Assembly: GCA_963790965.1 (NCBI GenBank) | Contig: CAWBQO010000002.1 | Location: forward strand, 1 to 64,000 | Reading direction: 5' to 3' | Origin: an uncultured Bacteroidota bacterium | GTDB taxonomy: Bacteria; Bacteroidota; Rhodothermia; Rhodothermales; DASSAV01 | DNA: 64,000 bases | Shown: piece after piece, positions 60,170-64,000 of the stretch | Numbering within the stretch: the stretch's first letter is position 1 | Layout of the letters: each line of letters begins with the position of its first letter | Made by a program: the position numbers and the translations under genes | The notes under the pieces: generated by a model | The model's database searches: none | What the model was told of the DNA's origin: nothing | The model's input: the letters and a program-made list of their open reading frames with translations, nothing else

Positions 60170-61351
60170 TCAGTCTGCGTGTGACCCTCCTTCAATTTCT
60201 CCCACCTCGACCCATCCGCCCCGCGCGCCGCTTTCCATGACCGCTTCAATGAGGCAGCAGGACCGGTATCCGTCTTCGAAAGTCGGGTACGGTGCCTCGC
60301 CGCGGGCGGGCACACGGCCGGAGCGAATCTGCGAGTAGACGGCATCCATGAGGTTTCGGAAGGCGTCCGACCAGCCCTCCGGATGGCCGCCCGGCAGGAC
60401 GGTCATGGCGCGGGCGGACGCATCGAGAAGCGACGGATCGCGTGGGAGGACGCGATTTGCCTGGTCCCTGTAGCCCACCCAGAGACTGTTCGGCTCTTCC
60501 TGCCGCCATGCGAGGGAGGCTTTGCTGCCGTTGACCTCCACCCGCTGATCGTTGTCATGGCCGGCGCAGACCTGTCCGACGGCAAAGACGCCGCGGCCTC
60601 CACCCTCAAAGCGCACGAGAACCGTGGCAAGGTCGTCCATTTGCACTTCGACCGGCTCGGCAGCCTCCTCGTCCGCAGCAGCCTGGAAGGCGTGCCGGCT
60701 GCCGCTGGGCTTCATGCGGACGGGTACTGCCGTGGTAAGCTCCGCCAGTACCATTTCGATGCGCAAGCCGGAAATGAACTGAGCGGTGTCCATCCAGTGC
60801 GAGCCGATGTCCCCGATGGCTCCGGCTGCGCCGCCTTTCTCCGTCTCAACCCGCCATGAGTAGTCCGTGTCGTAGAGCAGCCAGTCCTGGAGATACTGGC
60901 CGTGAACAAACCGGACGGTGCCCACGTCGCCACGCGCAATCATGGCGCGCGCCTGCTGAACCATGGGGTTGAAGCGGTAATTGTAGGTGACGGCGTGAAC
61001 GACGCCGGCCTCTTCGGCGGCGTCGCGCATCTGCCGGGCCTCCCGCGCGGTCGTCGCGAGCGGCTTGTCACAGATGACGTGTTTGCCCGCCGCGATGGCG
61101 GCCAGAGCCACCGGCAGATGCAGGTGATTGGGCGTGCAGACGTGGACCACGTCGATGTCGGGGTCCTGCATCATAGCCTCGTAGCTGCCGTAGGAGCGTT
61201 CGAGGCCGAGTTCGGCGGCTTTTTGCCTTGCGGAAGTCTCGTCGCGCTGCGCCACGCCGATGACGTCGGCATAGCCGAGTCTCCGAACAGCGTCGAGGTG
61301 TAAAGGCCCCACGAACCCCGCTCCGACGATTCCTGCCTGAATCCTTTTCAT
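60170..61351 (-). CDS. Gfo/Idh/MocA-family NAD(P)-dependent oxidoreductase
   Basis: MKRIQAGIVGAGFVGPLH Rossmann N-terminus; ~393 aa; the ORF in the track extends upstream to 61420. Confidence 0.7.
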   Translation of the reverse strand: MKRIQAGIVGAGFVGPLHLDAVRRLGYADVIGVAQRDETSARQKAAELGLERSYGSYEAMMQDPDIDVVHVCTPNHLHLPVALAAIAAGKHVICDKPLATTAREARQMRDAAEEAGVVHAVTYNYRFNPMVQQARAMIARGDVGTVRFVHGQYLQDWLLYDTDYSWRVETEKGGAAGAIGDIGSHWMDTAQFISGLRIEMVLAELTTAVPVRMKPSGSRHAFQAAADEEAAEPVEVQMDDLATVLVRFEGGGRGVFAVGQVCAGHDNDQRVEVNGSKASLAWRQEEPNSLWVGYRDQANRVLPRDPSLLDASARAMTVLPGGHPEGWSDAFRNLMDAVYSQIRSGRVPARGEAPYPTFEDGYRSCCLIEAVMESGARGGWVEVGEIEGGSHAD

Positions 61352-61573
61352 TGGTCTCGTTTCCGGCTCGATGAATGAGTGCTCAGGCTCGAATGTACGC
61401 CATCGTCGGTTTTGATGCATCGGGGCAGGATGTACTGCGCCTTTGGAGGCTGAAAGTCGGGATCGATGAGAAGCATCACAGATTTGCGGGGCGATGTACG
61501 TGACTGCAATGCCGTCTAACGCTTCCTTGAATCACTCTCAAGCGGGAGGTTGCGTCGGTGCTTTGGTCCATAT

Positions 61574-61615
61574 CGTCAGCTACATACAGCGCGTTCTGAT
61601 ATTTTAACAGGCTCT
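61574..61615 (+). repeat. Bacterial intergenic ~42-nt motif, copy 2, in the divergent promoter region between the oxidoreductase gene and uvrC
   Basis: Matches 48364..48405. Confidence 0.4.
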
Positions 61616-61729
61616 TTGGTTCGGACGCTCGTGAGGGAATAGGAGCGCAAGTGCGGGTTTGTGGCGAACCAGATCTGCTCCCGCGGGGTTCTTACCGCCC
61701 CGTCCCCGCGCTGCCGCCTTACTCTCTTT

Positions 61730-63607
61730 ATGAACGACGTCCTACAGGAGAAACTCGCCAATCTGCCCACGGGGCCGGGCGTCTATCAGCACAAGGATGC
61801 CGAGGGCACCGTGCTTTACGTGGGGAAGGCGCGCAATCTGCGCAGCCGCGTCCGTTCGTACTTCCAGGAGAGCCGTCCGCGCGAGGGACGCCTGCAAGTG
61901 CTCGTGAGCAAGATCGAGGACCTTGAAGTCATCGTCACGGACACGGAGGCCGAGGCGCTGATTCTCGAAAACAACCTCATCAAACGCCTCAAGCCGCGCT
62001 ACAATGTCAACCTGCGCGACGACAAGACGTACCCGTACATCTGCATCAAGAATGAGCGTTTCCCGCGCGTTTTCCCCACGCGCCGCGTGCGCCGGGACGG
62101 ATCGCGGTACTTCGGCCCGTACACGGATGTAAAGAGCATGAAGCTGATGCTCCGCACCATCCGTTCGATCTTCAAGCTGCGAACGTGCAACCTCAATCTC
62201 GCGCCCGAACCGATCGCCGCCGGCAAGTACCAGCCCTGCCTCGAGTATCACATCAAGAAGTGCGCCGCCCCCTGCGTGGCGCTGCAGGATGAGTCGTCTT
62301 ATATGCAGACCATCCGCCAGATCGAGAAGCTGCTTAACGGCCACACGAAGGAACTCTCGGACCTGCTCAAGGACGAGATGAAGCGCCTCGCGGGCACGAT
62401 GCACTTCGAGGAAGCGGCGGAGATTCGCGACCAGTTGCTTGCCGTCGAGAAGTACCACGAGAAGCAAAAAGTGGTAAGCCTCGACGAGACGGACCGCGAC
62501 CTCTTTGCACTCGCGGCCGACCGGGAGCACGATGTCGCTTGCGGTGTCATCTTCAAGGTCCGTGAAGGCAAGGTCATCGGACGGCAGCACAAGTACCTCC
62601 GCCGGATCGAGGGGATTGAAGAGCCGGAGTTGATGCAGAAGCTCCTGGAGAACTACTATACCGAGGCGACTTTCTACCCGGACGAGGTGCTGCTTTCGAC
62701 GGACGTGCTCGATTCCAATCCTTTGGAGGAGTTTCTGCGGCAGGCCAAAGGTCGGAAGGTGATGTTGAGGGTGCCGGAGCGCGGCGACAAGGCGGGGCTG
62801 ATGCGGATGGCGGAAGCCAACGCCCGTTTGCTGGTCGAAGAGTGGAAAGCGCAAAAGGCCAAACAGGACGAAGAGCGCGTGCCCCACGCCGTCAAGGCGC
62901 TGCAGCGAGATTTGCAGCTCAAGCACCTCCCGCGCCGCATCGAATGCCTCGACATTTCGCACCTCTCCGGGACCGGAACGGTCGCGTCGTGCATCGTTTT
63001 CGAGGATGGTAAGCCCAAGAAGAGCGAGTATCGTACCTACAAGGTGCGCACGGTCGAGGAAGGTCAGATCGACGACTTCCGCTCTATGAAGGAAGTCGTT
63101 GGGCGGCGCTATGGGCGGGTCATGCAAGAGAATGGCCCCTGGCCGGACCTCGTCGTCGTCGATGGAGGCAAGGGGCAGCTCTCGAGCGCTGTCGAGGCGC
63201 TTAAGCTCGCAGAGGTTTACGGGCGGTTCCCGGTCGTCGGACTGGCAAAAAGGCTGGAAGAAGTCTTCTTCCCCGGCGACTCCGAATCGGTGCTGATCCC
63301 GCGCACCTCGTCGTCGCTGCAGCTCATGCAGCGGACGCGCAACGAGGCGCACCGCTTCGCGATCACGTTCCAGCGGAAGCAGCGGCAGCTAAAGACGCTG
63401 CATTCAGAGCTGATGGACATTCCGGGCATCGGCCCAAAAAGCGTTCGCAAGCTGCTGAAGACGTTCGGTTCCGTGAAGCGCGTTCGGGAAGCCTCTCGCG
63501 AGGCGCTCATCGAGGTCATGGGGGTCTCTTACGCTTCGCGCGTCTACGGGCACCTCCACCCGGAGGCGGTGCCGCCGGCGGAAGAGCCGGCCTCCGGGGG
63601 CGAGTAA
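61730..63607 (+). CDS. uvrC: Excinuclease ABC subunit C
   Basis: GIY-YIG N-terminus (GPGVYQHKDAEGTVLYVGKARNLRSRVRSYF), UvrBC-interaction and RNaseH-like/HhH C-terminal regions; start chosen at the Met 23 codons into the ORF called by the track. Confidence 0.85.
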   Translation: MNDVLQEKLANLPTGPGVYQHKDAEGTVLYVGKARNLRSRVRSYFQESRPREGRLQVLVSKIEDLEVIVTDTEAEALILENNLIKRLKPRYNVNLRDDKTYPYICIKNERFPRVFPTRRVRRDGSRYFGPYTDVKSMKLMLRTIRSIFKLRTCNLNLAPEPIAAGKYQPCLEYHIKKCAAPCVALQDESSYMQTIRQIEKLLNGHTKELSDLLKDEMKRLAGTMHFEEAAEIRDQLLAVEKYHEKQKVVSLDETDRDLFALAADREHDVACGVIFKVREGKVIGRQHKYLRRIEGIEEPELMQKLLENYYTEATFYPDEVLLSTDVLDSNPLEEFLRQAKGRKVMLRVPERGDKAGLMRMAEANARLLVEEWKAQKAKQDEERVPHAVKALQRDLQLKHLPRRIECLDISHLSGTGTVASCIVFEDGKPKKSEYRTYKVRTVEEGQIDDFRSMKEVVGRRYGRVMQENGPWPDLVVVDGGKGQLSSAVEALKLAEVYGRFPVVGLAKRLEEVFFPGDSESVLIPRTSSSLQLMQRTRNEAHRFAITFQRKQRQLKTLHSELMDIPGIGPKSVRKLLKTFGSVKRVREASREALIEVMGVSYASRVYGHLHPEAVPPAEEPASGGE

Positions 63608-63725
63608 TTCCGAGGGATTGCGGAGGTCGCGCGTCAACGCTTGTCAGCTTTATTGCCATTGCGCCCGGGCGCGTCGGCTATATTCGCCGTGCAGCTATTC
63701 TCCACCGGCCGAACTCCGACCACGT

Positions 63726-64000
63726 ATGCTGAACTACATCTGGGCCGGGCTGATCATCCTCAGCCTGGTGTTTGCCCTTGCTTCCGACGTGACCAACGAG
63801 GTGCGAGACACCTACCGGAACGATCAAGCGCTTCCCATTACCCTTCACTTTCCCGGCGGAATCGACGAGAGCGCCCGTTCCTCTCCCGTGGACATCCGCC
63901 TCGATCCGGCAGTTTACCGCTCCTTCTACGGAACGGACGTAAAGCCGGACTCCGCCTATACCGGGACGCTCGTCCGAACGAAGCGCGGCCTTCAGCTACG
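63726..64000 (+). CDS. Nucleoside-recognition-domain (SpmA/SpmB-like) membrane protein, 5' partial (runs off the window)
   Basis: MLNYIWAGLIILSLVFALASDV N-terminus typical of this family. Confidence 0.4.
   Translation, partial: MLNYIWAGLIILSLVFALASDVTNEVRDTYRNDQALPITLHFPGGIDESARSSPVDIRLDPAVYRSFYGTDVKPDSAYTGTLVRTKRGLQL

Noticed and set aside
61742-63352. 536-aa minus-strand ORF across uvrC
   Set aside because: Shadow of the uvrC frame; uvrC has unmistakable GIY-YIG and C-terminal motifs.
1-64000. CRISPR array
   Set aside because: No run of regularly spaced direct repeats of 24-40 bp is visible. The only short tandem repeats are isolated (for example tacactgttgg twice at 35783, and cgagcgaaggtg twice at 58262).

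Overview
This window appears to be a composite of two unrelated genomes joined near 45.5 kb. GC percentages and taxonomic labels below are eyeballed or inferred; nothing was computed or searched.

Positions 1 to about 45,500 look haloarchaeal. GC is moderate (about 47-50% by eye), the proteins are acidic, and archaeal-type LonB and UMP kinase are present. The region is accessory-like and crowded with insertion sequences and pseudogenes:
- Three copies or fragments of one ISH-type transposase family: one intact with 25-bp inverted repeats at 22177..23626, and two decayed.
- Two IS4-family elements, one of them split by a nested IS630-family insertion.
- A UPF0175/PIN (DUF3368) toxin-antitoxin pair.
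- A low-GC island carrying a Tat-secreted S1-like serine protease, a Tat lipoprotein and a HEPN-like protein.
- A cassette of uncharacterised genes ending in a pRiA4b-ORF3-like protein.
- An IclR-associated catabolic/transport cluster: M24 peptidase, tandem EthD, epimerase, TPP enzyme and SSS symporter.

Positions from about 45,550 to 64,000 are high-GC (about 65% by eye) and look like a Bacteroidota/Rhodothermia-type bacterium. They carry mostly housekeeping genes: a TPR lipoprotein, pyruvate kinase, a 1401-aa sensor histidine kinase, hemB, cysS, a DoxX protein, a Gfo/Idh/MocA oxidoreductase and uvrC. Many long antisense shadow ORFs there are artefacts of the high GC content.

The switch truncates the C-termini of both convergent flanking genes. 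I therefore suspect a chimeric join (assembly artefact or concatenation) rather than a clean horizontal transfer. No tRNA, rRNA or CRISPR array was recognised by eye. The most interesting candidates for undescribed biology are the 30.7-34.0 kb hypothetical/pRiA4-ORF3 cassette next to the toxin-antitoxin pair, and the 19.1-22.1 kb low-GC protease/lipoprotein/HEPN island.
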